From assembly GCA_964106915.2 (NCBI GenBank), contig OZ066915.1: a stretch of 64,000 nucleotides of DNA; one strand, written 5' to 3'. A program made the position numbers and the translations under genes. The notes under the pieces were generated by a model that had not been told where the DNA came from, ran no database searches, and worked only from the letters and a program-made list of their open reading frames with translations. Shown here in pieces: positions 50,001 through 61,477 of this stretch; the first letter of the stretch is position 1; each line of letters starts with the position of its first letter. This DNA is from Podarcis gaigeae (taxonomy: Eukaryota).

Positions 50001-53000
50001 AGTCCATGACTCAAAACATAATGGGCTAAATAAATTGCTTCTCCTCCACCTCGCTCACACTGCTTCTGTGCTGCTGCTCTTCTGCCTTTCTTTGGTCTAT
50101 TCTTAGAAAAACAGAGTCCTTCTGCTGGTACCATTCCCACAAAACCTGCTCCTTTTGAAAAGCCCCATGACTTTTCTTTGCGTAACTCCTTTAGTGAAAT
50201 GCCATTAATAGAGGACAGGTTCCCCAGCATAACTAGAGCTAGGCTGAAATAAGCCCCTCTCCCTTTGGGCTTCAGACCTTGCTTCAAAGCATTGCCCTTG
50301 CTCTGAATTGTTACATCAGCACATGGCCAGCTCTGGTTGTCTAGCCAGATTTGTGATGTCATCACATTCACTGGAACACTGCTAGCTGGACATCCCCGGC
50401 CTTACCAAGTCACTGTTACTCTGCAAGGCTGGAAAAAAATAGGACTCAGGTCCCACTGTCCCTATCACCCCTCCCTTGGGCACCTCCATCCATGCCATAT
50501 GGTCAGTGCCCCTGCCTCCCCCGCAGTCCCCTTCTTCTGCCACTTACCGCTCAAGCTGCTGCAGGGAGGTTTTCATGGACTTGACTTGCTGGAAGTGACA
50601 GGACATGTCCGTAGCCAGAACCATTTCAATCACAAGTGACCGGAGTTCCCTGAACCACACAAAACAGAAGGAAAGAGATATTCACACAGACTTTTCCTGT
50701 GTGTTTCATAAAATCATAGAATTGGAAGGGGCCTCGTAGGCTGTATAGTTTATTATTCTTGTCTCCCCAGATATTGGACTAGAACTCCTCTAATCCACAG
50801 ACAGCTAAATCAGCTGTGGATGATGGGAGTTGTAGTCGTAACAACATCTTGGGACTCAAGGTTGAAGAATGCAAGAACACTGGTCTAGTCCAATGTCCTG
50901 CACAATGCAGGAAATCCAGAGCAAGAGCATCCCCAACAGAAGGCTGTCCAAATCCTCTGCTTCAAGCCCACGAACTCTCTGGGTAATTGCTTCCTTTATT
51001 GAACTGCTCTTACCATCAAGAGGTTTCTCATGGTGCACGAGCAAAAATCTACCCTCCTGTAACTTGAACCCATTGGATCTAGCTCTGCCTTGGGGCAGAA
51101 GGGCACATGTATTTTCTGTGTGACAGCTCTACCACCTGTACCATTATCTCCTCTTCTTCTTTAGTTTAACTATGGAACTTGCCCTCACAGTAGGCCATGC
51201 TGGCCACCAACCTGGATGGCTTTAAAAGAGGATTAGACACATTCCTGAGGTACATGACTATCAACAGGGCTATATTCTACCTCCCCTGCCAGAGACAGTA
51301 GATCTCTGAATACCAATTGCTGTGAAGGTGTGCCGAGTACTGTTGTGCTCAAGCTCAGCTTTCAGGCTTCCCACGGGCACCTGGGCGGCCACGGTGAGAA
51401 CAGGATGCTGGACTGGATGGGCTCCTGGTCTGATCCAGCAGGCTCATCACAGGTCCTTACACCCAGTGGAGCCCTGACATTTGGTGAGAAAAGAAAGGAT
51501 CTATCCATTTGGTCATCATGAATGGCTAGATTTGAGCAGATAATCTTTGATTCTGTTCCAAGATGTGTGTCAGGTAATAAGACTGCTGCGATGTGCTTTC
51601 TAAATGACCTCTAATATTGGTGGTTCTATCTTTTGCTCTGCATCCCAGGAGTCATGAGAAGCTCAAATGGTACTGAGTCACATAAATGCCTGTGTTCCCA
51701 AATATAATACATCTTCTCATTTACTCTTGCCTCCAGGAAGCCTTTGCAACGTTAAGCCTCCCAGCAAGGCCTTAGTAACTATAACACATTTATCAGGGTC
51801 TGTCAAACTCTATCCAATTTCATTCTTTTTCTGAAGATGAACAGATTCAATAGGTAATCATCATCGCAATTGTTTAGTCCTGTGCAGCTGCGTTTGAAGG
51901 AGAATTCTGTAAAACTCAAAACCTTACTCCCACTATTTCTTAGGACTGAACAAAAGATATAATCACACTTCTTCCATGTATAGGCACATCCAGACCATCG
52001 TTACAAAGCATCTGGCTACCCAGCATGCATAAGGGTGTCCTGTAAGTTCCAGGAGGAAGCCAAACATGATGGGACCCCATCAGAAGTGTATGGGAGGGGG
52101 GGCAGCTGTGTAGCTGGGTCTTTCCTATACCCCTCTTTTTTTCTCCAAGTGGTGTGATCCATGCAAGTATAAAGCAACTGCACAATCTGCAAATAGGGAA
52201 TTCTCACAGAAAGTGAAAGGGGTGAGGTCTGGCCTGCACGAAAACCAAGTGATGTATCATGAAAAGTGAGCTGCCTATAGACCCTGTCAAGTTGACCTAC
52301 AGAAACAACCCATGGGTTGCTTTTGAGTCTGGTCAGGAAGCAGGCCTGGATATGGGTAGTGAAAAGGGTTTGGAAACTGCCTTGGGCCAGGAAAGGGTTC
52401 CAAACCCAGGGTGCTGCCTAGGAAGGTGATGCTCTGGCCTGCTATGGTCCACGGGGTCACTAAGAGTTGGGCACGACTAAATGACTAAACAACAACAAGG
52501 AAGGTGATGTGGGTTGAAATCAAGGAGACAAGCAGGGCAAGCATGAAAAAACATTTGGAAGAAGGGATCTGGAGAAGCTCAGACCCTTATCACCTACACC
52601 AGTTGACTCCAGCTAAAAGTCTCATCATAAATTCCAAGCCTCTGAGCCTGTGTGTGCATGAAATGAACAAGTGAGGTTCTCTGCACTTTGACTCCAGAGT
52701 AGCTGGTTTTTCCTACATTGCAAGTGCTTTCTTTTTATGTGGTGTGTTGGCAGTCTGGGTATATTTCCAAGTGAAGGCAGGGGAGAGCCACAGCCTTCAT
52801 CAACCCATGCAACAAATCCATATCGATTTATATACTATTTATAGCATATGGATTTCCTGGAAATGCCATTGTTTTCAGACCTGAAATCCAGTGGTAAAGT
52901 CCAGAAACAAATTCAAACTTCACTTGCTGCTTCTGTGAATTAAGCCTAATATTCTGACCTTGCTTCATGTACTGATGCACAAGTCATGAGTTCCTGTTTT

Positions 53001-54514
53001 CCTGGTCCTTACAGTATTGCTGTCATCACCCTCAACAGCCGGGGTGAGGAACCTATGCCCCTCCAGATGCTGCCAAGCTACAACACCCATCATCCCTGTC
53101 CATTGGCAATGCTGGCTGCAGCCAATCAGAGTTTGAATCCAACATCTAAAGGGTCACAAGTTCTCTGTCCATGATCAATAGGTAAAAGAGACATGGAGAC
53201 CAAAAGTGGGTCCAGTGAATGAACTGGGAGCATCTGGTGCTATATAGAGCACAGGTGTGGGGAACCTTGGCCCTCCTGGTGTTGTTCAACCACAACTCCC
53301 ATCAGCCTCAGCAAACATGGCCAATGGCCAGAGATGACAGAGATGACAGAAATGTAGTTCAGCAACATTTGGAAGGCCAAAGGTTATCCATACCTGCTGT
53401 GGTGTATTCAAAGCCTACTGGATGTGTGGACCTGAAATGAGACCATCAGGAGCTCAACAGAAACACGTATGAGCTTAAATAAAACAAAGTATTTAAAACT
53501 GGAATCCTAAACCCACCCAACTTAGTGGGGCAATTTCTGAGTAAGTAAGCATTGCACAATGAGAGGGCACTGTGTCCACAATCCTATCCACTTTAGCTGA
53601 CAGCAGTGGTTGCAAACCATTGGCTTGACTCCCACAATGTCTGCCCCCTCCAGGAGAGTCCCCCCCATTCCCCCCATTCCAAGGCAACATCTTCCTCAGC
53701 AAGAGTGAGTCCAATCCGGCAGGCAGGAGGAGGACGAGGTCTCACACGAATTCGTCCTTGGTCAGGTTGACGAGGATGTTCATCTCATCCTCCTGCATCA
53801 TGCGGAAGACAGCACTGATGTGGTGGTTCTCAAGCACCGAGCGGTCGTTGTACAAAATGGCCGTGTCTGACCTGGGGAAGGGAAGAACAACAGTACAGTT
53901 CAGAGGCAGCTTTAGCAATTCCAATTCCAATCTTGTTTCACAGGGATTGGGGCAGACATTCGAACACTTCTGATTTTCACCCATGCACCCACACGCATAT
54001 CAGGTGCCATAGTCCAACACTCTAAGCATTGAACAGGGGGTATAGTTTGACCTGCACAGACTTGCCTGCAGTGGTGGTTGGAGCCAATTGAAGCTGGTAA
54101 GGTGGACGCCCAACGGTAAGTGAAGCCAGAACCAATGACAGGCAGAGCCACCATATTCAAGCCCTTCTTCATGTGCCTCCTCCAAGACAGGTCCAGAGGG
54201 TGGCAACACAAGAATGGGCCTTCTCTATAGTGGCTCCCCATTTGTGGAATGCTCTCCCCAGGGAGGCTCGCCTGGTGCCTTTGCTACATATCTTTAGGTG
54301 CCCGTCAAAAACATTCCTCTTCTCTCAGGCCTTTGGCTGCTTAAACCATCATGGCCTTTAAAACTGCAGAGGGGGGTTGTTTTTGTTTGTTACTATGCTA
54401 GGTCAGGGACTGGAACATGCTCTACCACTCAAAAGACTCTCTTTCACTTTTTTTTAATTGCTGCCCATTGTACCAATAAGCCTCTCTATCTCCCTCTTCC
54501 TCTCCCTCTCTCCC

Positions 54515-54588
<74 letters not shown>

Positions 54589-57500
54589 GAAACAGATCCA
54601 TATTGCTCACTTGGTTTGGATGTGGAAGCTGTTAGTGGTCCCTGTGTGCTCATAGTCATGGATTGCTGCCGCAAAGACAATGGCCAGGACCTCAATCTCT
54701 GTCAGGCAGTGCTGCAAAGGGGGACAGAAACAGGAGATGCCATCAGAACCTGTGGGGAGCCCTCCCTTGCCCAGCAGCAGAGACAGAGGAGGGGAAATAC
54801 TATTTGCACCAGAGTATTCACCAGGATGGATCCCCTCTAGCCTCACATCTCTTTGCCTGGTTGGATATTCTCCTGTGTGGGTGAACAAGTCCAGTTCATA
54901 CTCATGGATCACCCTCAGAATAGCATAGTGCTCTGGTGGCTTCCTAATGGCCAGGATAGGGGACCCCTTTCCATCCCAATGGATGTGTTTCCTTATGGGC
55001 AGCCTTCCTGTAGCCTTATGTCAGTGATGGGCAGAGCCAGAGGCAAAAGTAGGAGCAGCAACAAACATAACTTTCACTGTTGTACAGTAGTTAATTTCTG
55101 CACACACCCCTTTGGGCATCCTTCAGGTTGCATAGAGTTTCCTCAGGTTTCCTAGGTCTCCGGTTTCCCACCCCTGCTAAATTACTGATTTGCTGTATTA
55201 CAAACTTCTGTGGACCAGAGCCCGTTTCATCAGATGCATGAAGCCTGTGACCTCCATAGAGAAATAGGAAATTGCTTTACATCAAGGCAAACCATTGGTC
55301 CCGCTAGCTTAGGACTGTCTATCCTGACTGGCAGTGGCTCTCTAGGATTCCCGATGGGGAATCTCTCTCAACCTTACCTGGGACTGCCACCTGTTGTACC
55401 ACCCAGCTATGGCCAGGCACTGCCGCACTACAACCCCAATCATACTTGGACCATGCTGACTGGGGCTGATGGGACTTGGAGTCCAATTGGATCTGGGGTG
55501 TCACAGGTTCCTCATTCATCTGATGACATGGGCTCTGATCCATGAGACCACAATACATTTGTTCGTTATTATGATGCCACTAGACTCTATTGTTGTTTCA
55601 TTGCCAAGAAACCAACCAGCTACCCCTCTGGAATCTATTGCAGCGCTGATGCAATAAGAGGCAGAAGCAGTCTGAACACACAGCACAAGGTAGGGAAATA
55701 TGGAAGAAGAGTAGGAACTATGGCTTCTTTTCGACTGACAGAGGTGCTTTCAGCACCTGAAGATAAATCAGAAAAATCGCCATTGCAATAACTGCAAGTT
55801 TTATGGGTTGGATTTCTGCCTGTTGCATGGCTATTAAAGGTACAGAGTATCTATTAGAAATAAAACACAGCAACAAACAAGGAAAGAGATTGTGAGGAGA
55901 GAAGGGTCTGGCTTAGTGAATCGTTGCCTTCAGAAAGAAACCTCTTTTCCAGCTCCTGCCATTATGTTAAACCAAAAGAGGCCACTAGGAGTCGCTATGT
56001 TATTGATATCAATGCTCAGTGCTATTTTCCTAGAAAAGGGGGTGCAGGAATGTTTCCCTTGTTCTCTTATCATGGCAATGGCACCCACCTGAGAGGTGCT
56101 GGAACTGAGTTCTGGTGAGTTCCCACTGAAATAAAAGCCCTGTCAATGCTTCATATATAGATTTTCTAGAGATGGACTGTAAAAGAGGGCTTAGGACCAT
56201 TAGTCATGTAGTGGACCCTTCATTTCTGTGATCTAGGACTGCATTACTGGACTTGGCCAAGATGAGAAACACACTTTCTAAGAGCATTAATGACCCATGA
56301 TTCCCAGTTTGCCTACACCTAGAAGAGCTTTCCAAGATGGCACCATAGACACTTCTCAGTTAGAGAACCAGCAGACAGAATATCCACATGGTGCCCTCAC
56401 CACCATGCCCGTGCGAAGCAGGAAGCAGTGCACAGTCTGGGTGACGTCAGCAGCGTGTATCTGGTTGTGATACGGGTTCTTGTATTTCCCATAACCAGCC
56501 TCCAGCGCATCAAGGAATGTCATGAGGTACACTGTGGGGATCTAGAGATAAATGAAAAGGTTAACAATGTACTCTCATTTTCCTACAGTATTGAAATACT
56601 GCCCCTCAATGAGGCCAAACATAGATTCACAAAATGTTTAGGGATATGTGTACCCCTGCGTACCCCCTGGTGGGGAAAAGCACTGGGAGTAGTCAAGGAT
56701 ATAGGATGCTGTCTCGTACCTAGGAAGTCCATCTAACTCAGTTTGGTAAAAGGTAAAGGACTCCTGGACGGTTAAGTCCAGTCAAAGGCAACTATGGGGT
56801 TACGATGCTCATCTCGCTTTCAGGCCGAGGGAGCCGGTGTTTGACAGCTTTCTGGGTCATGTGGCCAGCAGGACTAAACTGCTTCTGGTGCGACAAGACG
56901 CCGCGACGAGTGCCAGAGTGCACGGAAACACTGTTTACCTTCCCGCTAATAGTGGTAGCTATTTATCTACTTGCACTAGTGTGCTTTCGAACTGCTAGGT
57001 TGGCAGGAGCTGGGATAGAGCAACAGGAGCTCACCGACTGGCAAGCCAAAGAGGCTCAGTGGTTTAGACGACAGCGCCACCCACTCCCACTAACTCCCAC
57101 AGGGTCTCTGGCATGGCTTTTTCCCAGTACCTAGATATGCCAGGAATTGAACCTGGGATCTTTTGCATGCAGTGTGGGACCCATCCTTACAAAAAAAGTC
57201 ACAGGCTGACATCTATGCTCTGATGCAGAACCCTCCAGTCTTCACTTAAGATTCCAGCACACACACACACAGTGGCAAAGAGACAGTTTATAAGTGGAAG
57301 ATCCCAGGGCGATCACGTTCCTTGTCCGGAATGCACGTGAGTCCTCCACCCGCACTATCCCATCACTAACCTCTTGAAAAACAGAAATAAGAAATGACCC
57401 TTATGCCCTATGGCAGCATGAACTTCAAGGGCATCTCTCTGTCCTAAGGGGCTGGGGCGTTCCAGAATGAGGAATGACCTGCTCTTAAAAAGGGGGCCCC

Positions 57501-59530
57501 TTAACAAAAAGATCACTTCCTTTAAATACAGAACATCCCAGGCTTGGAAGAAGCTTTCTTTTTTGGGCTCTGGAGCTCAGGGTAGCTGCTTGTTTGGTGC
57601 CCTGGAGTCTTTATTTTGTAGGAGGGGTATGGAATAGCTCTTTAATAAATCATCATAATAACAACACTGTGATTATACACATGCTATTTCTTACCTTGAA
57701 GCGGCTGTTGAGGTTGTGGCGGGTGAGCAGTTCAAAGACAATCGTGCGCAAGGCATGGTCCTCGCTCACCTTATTCAGCGCAAAGACATCAAAAAACCAA
57801 AGGTCAAGAGTCTACACAAGAAAAGCCAAAAAAGAAATGTAAAAAAGGAGGACTATGTCCTGAGCATAGTGCACTTAACTGGTACAGATGGAGAAAGAAT
57901 GAGCATCAGAAGAAAGGAAACCTTCCATCTCTCAACTTTGGAGTATGTTGAACAAAAAGTATTTCCACAAAGAGTTCCTTTAAGCCTGTGCAAAAAGCAT
58001 TTTGCTTTTGCAGTGATGAGATGTAGCTGGTCCCCTACGCATCCAACAAGATTGTAGGCCATTAATTCCTGATAAAAAACCACCGCTTTCAGCCCCAGTG
58101 TCTCTCTTTTAAAAAGTTACGGCAAAACAAAGGAGGAAAGCTAGGAAAGTTTCCTTGACTCATGCAACTTGATCACAGAAAATGGGTCAGGGTATAAACA
58201 ATCAGTGCCTTTTTTGGGACAGTATCCATTGGAACAGAGTACCACCAGGACTCCTTCTTTTTGCTGTTCATGGCAGCCATTTTGTGCTGGGACCCACAGC
58301 ATGAATACCAGCCTTCTACTTTTTTGCCCCCCAGAAAGCAGAGTGAATAACTACCAGCTTGAGAGGTTGGGGCCGGTGCAGAAGCATCACGTCAAGGAAG
58401 GAAGCAAACGAAGTTAAGGCTGCAATCCTACACACCCCCCTACCTGGGAGTCAGCCCTCTTAAACTCAGTGGGCTTACTTCTGAGTAGACATGGGCAGGA
58501 TTGGGCAGTAAGTCCAGCATCCCCCTAATAGAGCTGCATTACCTTCAGGCAGTTGATGACAGAGGGAGAATAGTTTGGCCCCACCGCTGTGTAAGTCCGA
58601 CGGAACATCCTGCAGAGCAGATAACAGCAGGTCAGGCTCCCCATGGCACATCTGGACTGCATCCCCATAGAGACATCTCCCAAACCCCACTGAGTATCCA
58701 GATGTCTGAGTGCTGGATAAAATACTGCATCCAAGACCCTCTCCTTACATACCAGGCCAGCAGTCCTCAATCCTTCCAAACCCAGGAAATTCAAATGGGA
58801 CTTGACTTTCAATCTTTGCACCTTATAGATCAGGTTGGGGAGCCCTTTTTTCAGCCTGGGGGCCAGGGCTAAAAGTGGGTGGGTCAATGGCTGTACGTGT
58901 TGCCTTTCTCTGTCCTCTTTCCAGAGAAAGAAGAGGTGTTCTCACAGCTTAAGGACAGGCTCCAGCCAGGCAAAACAATTGAAGAGGGTGTGAAGCAGGG
59001 CTGGTGAAGAGTGTGGTCAAAGGAGAACTGGCGTTGCCTGTGGAGAGTTTCAACAGCCGCACAGAGAAGACTGGAGGGATGCATTTGGTCCACAAGGCCT
59101 CATGTTCCTCACCTCGGTTATATGTTATCTTTGCCCTTACTATATCTATCTGGGTCTGCTGCCTTCCACCTCCTCCTCCTGCTTGCTCAACCCAGGTGGA
59201 ATCTACCCACATATAAAAAACACTGTGAAAATGCTTTTTAAAAAAACGTTTTGAAAACTATACTGAATTTGTCATAACTCACCATTGCCATCTAGTGTCA
59301 CATTTGTATATTGCATGAGGCAACACACTTAAAACATTTTATTTACAGCTGTATAGCTGAGCCCCTGGTCCTTCTTACTCCTTTCCTTTCCAAATGATAG
59401 CCAGGGCACCCTGATATAGTCACCAACAAGGCACAGTTGTGGGGCAGGACCCACTCATTGGGCCAATGTACTAGGCCAACGCATGAAACAGATGGAGGAC
59501 CATCCCCATCTGGAGCAGCCCTGTTCCAAC

Positions 59531-59573
<43 letters not shown>

Positions 59574-60683
59574 CACTCCGTCCAGACCTCTCAACAAAGA
59601 TGCCAGCTTGAACAGCATGCACAATGCTGCGGAACTTGGGCTTCTCCTCAGATCGACGTCCCTTGGCGCGGGTCTGCTGCGTGAAGGTGGAGGCCAGCCA
59701 GTCCCGCACCTCAGAGGGAACTGCATCCGACTTGATCTCCTGGAGTTCATCTTCCGTGTCCAAGATCTGCCTGGAACAGGAAAAATGAGCAGTGAGGAGC
59801 AGTGAGTGTTTTAGTGAGAAAGGCACTGCAAAGAGAAGCAGAACTGCAGTTAAAACTGAGAGGGATAATGAGGGAGAAGGAGAAAGGGAAGAGGAAGAGA
59901 AATAATCTGGAAATTGGCCAAATTCTGGCATATCAAATTCTGACTTTCGTAAAAGCTGTGATTACAAGATTCAGTTTCAGGGATGCTTCACTGGCCAGTT
60001 CAACAGGCTGCACTTATTTCCTCCTAAGTTCTCTGAACTGAACAGCTTCCAACAGGCTGCAAAGGTCTGCTATTCCTTATGCAGAAACAAATTGAGGTAA
60101 GGAAGAGGATAAAATCAAATTCTCCTGAGCCTCCAGAGACACCCTGCGAATTAGAGATGCTTTGTGTAGCCCAGGAGATTAGCTTGGGGGAGATGGTGAG
60201 TCCTGTGGCATAGGTGAGGTTTGGGCACAGGGAAAGGGTTTATAAATGAGCGGGGCCCAAGGATAGTGTGCTCTTTACAGTGGCAATCCCAGAGTCAGTG
60301 CTAGAGGGGAGTCATAACTTTTCCTGCTCCCAGCATGTACTGGGGTCTACAGGGAACTGCCTCTCCTCATGAGATCTCATCTGACTCAGGGTCAGGTCCC
60401 AACACTACTGAACTGTTTCCAACAGCATGCAAAACACCCACCTGAGCTTCTAAAACAGTCTCCCTAGACTTGCAGGCTCTGCACTTTAACCAGTGGCTAG
60501 CTCAGTGCTTATTTCTGGGTCCTCTCTGGAAACGGGGTCAGGCAAGACACACGAGCCCCACAGCCTCACCTGGTCTCATCAATGTAGACAGCTTCCAGCA
60601 ATGAAGCAGTATATTCCAAGTTCTTCTTCAGCTCCACCAGATTCACCTCTCCCGTCTCCAACTGTTTCACCATGTACCGCAGC
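43930..60683 (-). CDS. PDE1B: Calcium/calmodulin-dependent 3',5'-cyclic nucleotide phosphodiesterase 1B, 13 coding exons, 5'-partial
   Basis: 1507 nt spliced, all GT-AG and in phase. Contains LRYMVKQLE, KPKFRSIVHAVQAGIFVERM (CaM-binding), YHNQIHAAD, the HDYEHTGTTN PDE signature, ATDMS, AADISHP, SQIGF and the PDE1B-type tail GITNQTSIDELSPCEEE...HNQNGNVE*. Confidence 0.97.
45311..45447 (-). CDS. PDE1B: PDE1B exon (SHWRQPSVDEHAELGEINADINSFRSTWTKYIQENKQKWKERAAS)
   Basis: ttcctgcag|T...AGTG|gtatgg; 137 nt, phase 2 to 1. Confidence 0.94.
46426..46675 (+). mobile_element. tRNA/CORE SINE (Squam3-like), near full length
   Basis: gagagccagtgtggtgtagtg A-box, ggttcgcttcc B-box, gtgaccttgggctagtcac CORE, (ctt) tail. 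Confidence 0.75.
47632..47854. mobile_element. TcMar (Tigger-like) MITE
   Basis: TA-cagtggaacctcgg...caggttccactg-TA. Confidence 0.85.
48237..48354 (-). CDS. PDE1B: PDE1B exon (FIDFIVEPTFQVLTDVAEKMVIPLVEEGSKNKSSSQQS)
   Basis: tccacag|GC...AG|gtttgt; 118 nt, phase 1 to 2. Confidence 0.92.
48559..48640 (-). CDS. PDE1B: PDE1B exon (GDKEAELGLPFSPLCDRTSTLVAQSQIG)
   Basis: ttctctag|GGT...ATTG|gtgagt; 82 nt; invariant purine-recognising Gln. Confidence 0.97.
49341..49461 (-). CDS. PDE1B: PDE1B exon (IDKSKALSLLLHAADISHPTKQWTVHSRWTKALMEEFFRQ)
   Basis: tttccag|A...CAG|gtatat; 121 nt. Confidence 0.97.
49888..50010 (+). mobile_element. SINE with tRNA-Lys(CTT)-like head; partial minus-strand copy near 34130-34220
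   Basis: gctcaattagtagagaatgagactcttaatctcagagtcatggcttcaagccccacattgggc followed by an atattcc...cattgc body. Confidence 0.7.
50548..50649 (-). CDS. PDE1B: PDE1B exon (ELRSLVIEMVLATDMSCHFQQVKSMKTSLQQLER)
   Basis: gttcag|G...CG|gtaagt; 102 nt. Confidence 0.96.
52432..52497 (+). mobile_element. BovB/RTE-type 3' end, 66-bp extreme 5' truncation
   Basis: gtccacggggtcactaagagttgggcacgactaaatgactaaacaacaac; 12-bp TSD aggaaggtgatg at 52420-52431 and 52498-52509. Confidence 0.8.
53746..53871 (-). CDS. PDE1B: PDE1B exon (SDTAILYNDRSVLENHHISAVFRMMQEDEMNILVNLTKDEFV)
   Basis: ccccag|G...GT|gtgaga; 126 nt. Confidence 0.97.
54481..54588. repeat. (CT)n(CA)n compound microsatellite
   Basis: Direct read. 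Confidence 0.95.
54611..54711 (-). CDS. PDE1B: PDE1B exon (HCLTEIEVLAIVFAAAIHDYEHTGTTNSFHIQTK)
   Basis: tttgcag|CAC...AA|gtgagc; 101 nt; PDE signature HDxxHxGxxN. Confidence 0.97.
56401..56541 (-). CDS. PDE1B: PDE1B exon (IPTVYLMTFLDALEAGYGKYKNPYHNQIHAADVTQTVHCFLLRTGMV)
   Basis: tctctag|ATC...GTG|gtgagg; 141 nt; metal-binding HNxxH. Confidence 0.97.
56746..57087 (-). mobile_element. Sauria SINE
   Basis: gtaaaaggtaaagg...tttcgaactgctaggttggcaggagctggg...cagcgccacc. Confidence 0.88.
57695..57811 (-). CDS. PDE1B: PDE1B exon (TLDLWFFDVFALNKVSEDHALRTIVFELLTRHNLNSRFK)
   Basis: ttgtgtag|ACT...AAG|gtaaga; 117 nt. Confidence 0.96.
58543..58609 (-). CDS. PDE1B: PDE1B exon (MFRRTYTAVGPNYSPSVINCLK)
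   Basis: ctgcag|G...AAG|gtaatg; 67 nt. Confidence 0.96.
59532..59572. repeat. (AC)n microsatellite
   Basis: Direct read. Confidence 0.95.
59588..59770 (-). CDS. PDE1B: PDE1B exon (QILDTEDEL...VQAGIFVER)
   Basis: ttccag|G...GAGAG|gtctgg; 183 nt. Confidence 0.96.
60570..60683 (-). CDS. PDE1B: PDE1B exon (LRYMVKQLETGEVNLVELKKNLEYTASLLEAVYIDETR)
   Basis: cctccag|G...ACCAG|gtgagg; 114 nt, phase 2 to 2. Confidence 0.96.
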
Positions 60684-61445
60684 CTGGAGGGGGAAATGGA
60701 AGCACAGGGAAGGGGGAAATGAGTAAGAGGGAAGCAGAACCTTGCAGAGCTCTCTGGGTCATCCATCAAAGGGCAGCCCACTCCCATCATTACCTTGTGA
60801 GGGACTGCTGGGGAGAAATGGAGCCAATGGAATTTACACCAGTGAAATCACTCATTTGCTGTGATAATGTGGTAGCTGAATTGGGCACATATGTGTCCAA
60901 ACCCCATTCCACAAAAAAGAAACTGAAAAATGAATTGTGGATCAAAAACAGCCCAATGAGGACTGAGCATGCTCAGTAGGCATGGAATGCTGAATGGCTA
61001 TTAAGCAGGTGGAGAGAAGAACTCTAGCAGGAGAAGGGATGGAATGGAGTGAGTGGAACCCTGAACAGAATAATGCCACACTGGACCTCTCTGTTGCAGT
61101 GCCTCACTCATATACACAAAAGCCAGTTTCCTGGCTTCTCTCTGTTGGTTGTGCTTCACCCTGATGCAAGATGGCTCTCCTATGTTGAGAGCCTGACAAT
61201 GGAGCTGAAAATGGCATGTTAAGCAATGCACCTTGGGCCATCTGCTCCCTTGATGGGGCACATCACTAGTTAATAACAAGCCATCAAGCTCAGCTGGGTG
61301 TGTGGTCCATAATGTTTCATTTCCAGTTAATCAGCCCTATTGTTCCGCTTGAAGGACATTAATGTAAAAACATTGAACACTTCAGGAGAACCAAATGAGT
61401 AGAGATCATTACAGCATGATTATCCTTTTAATGAAATGGTAAAAA

Positions 61446-61446
<1 letters not shown>

Positions 61447-61476
<30 letters not shown>
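61447..61476. repeat. (CA)n microsatellite
   Basis: Direct read. Confidence 0.95.

Positions 61477-61477
<1 letters not shown>

Noticed and set aside
56442-56449. Perfect CRE palindrome TGACGTCA in a cAMP-pathway gene
   Set aside because: Lies inside a PDE1B coding exon (Ala-Asp-Val-Thr codons) and is explained by protein constraint.
61232-61263. Alternative PDE1B first exon MCPIKGADGPR with AG|GTGCAT
   Set aside because: Weak donor, no similarity to known PDE1 N-termini, easily expected by chance.
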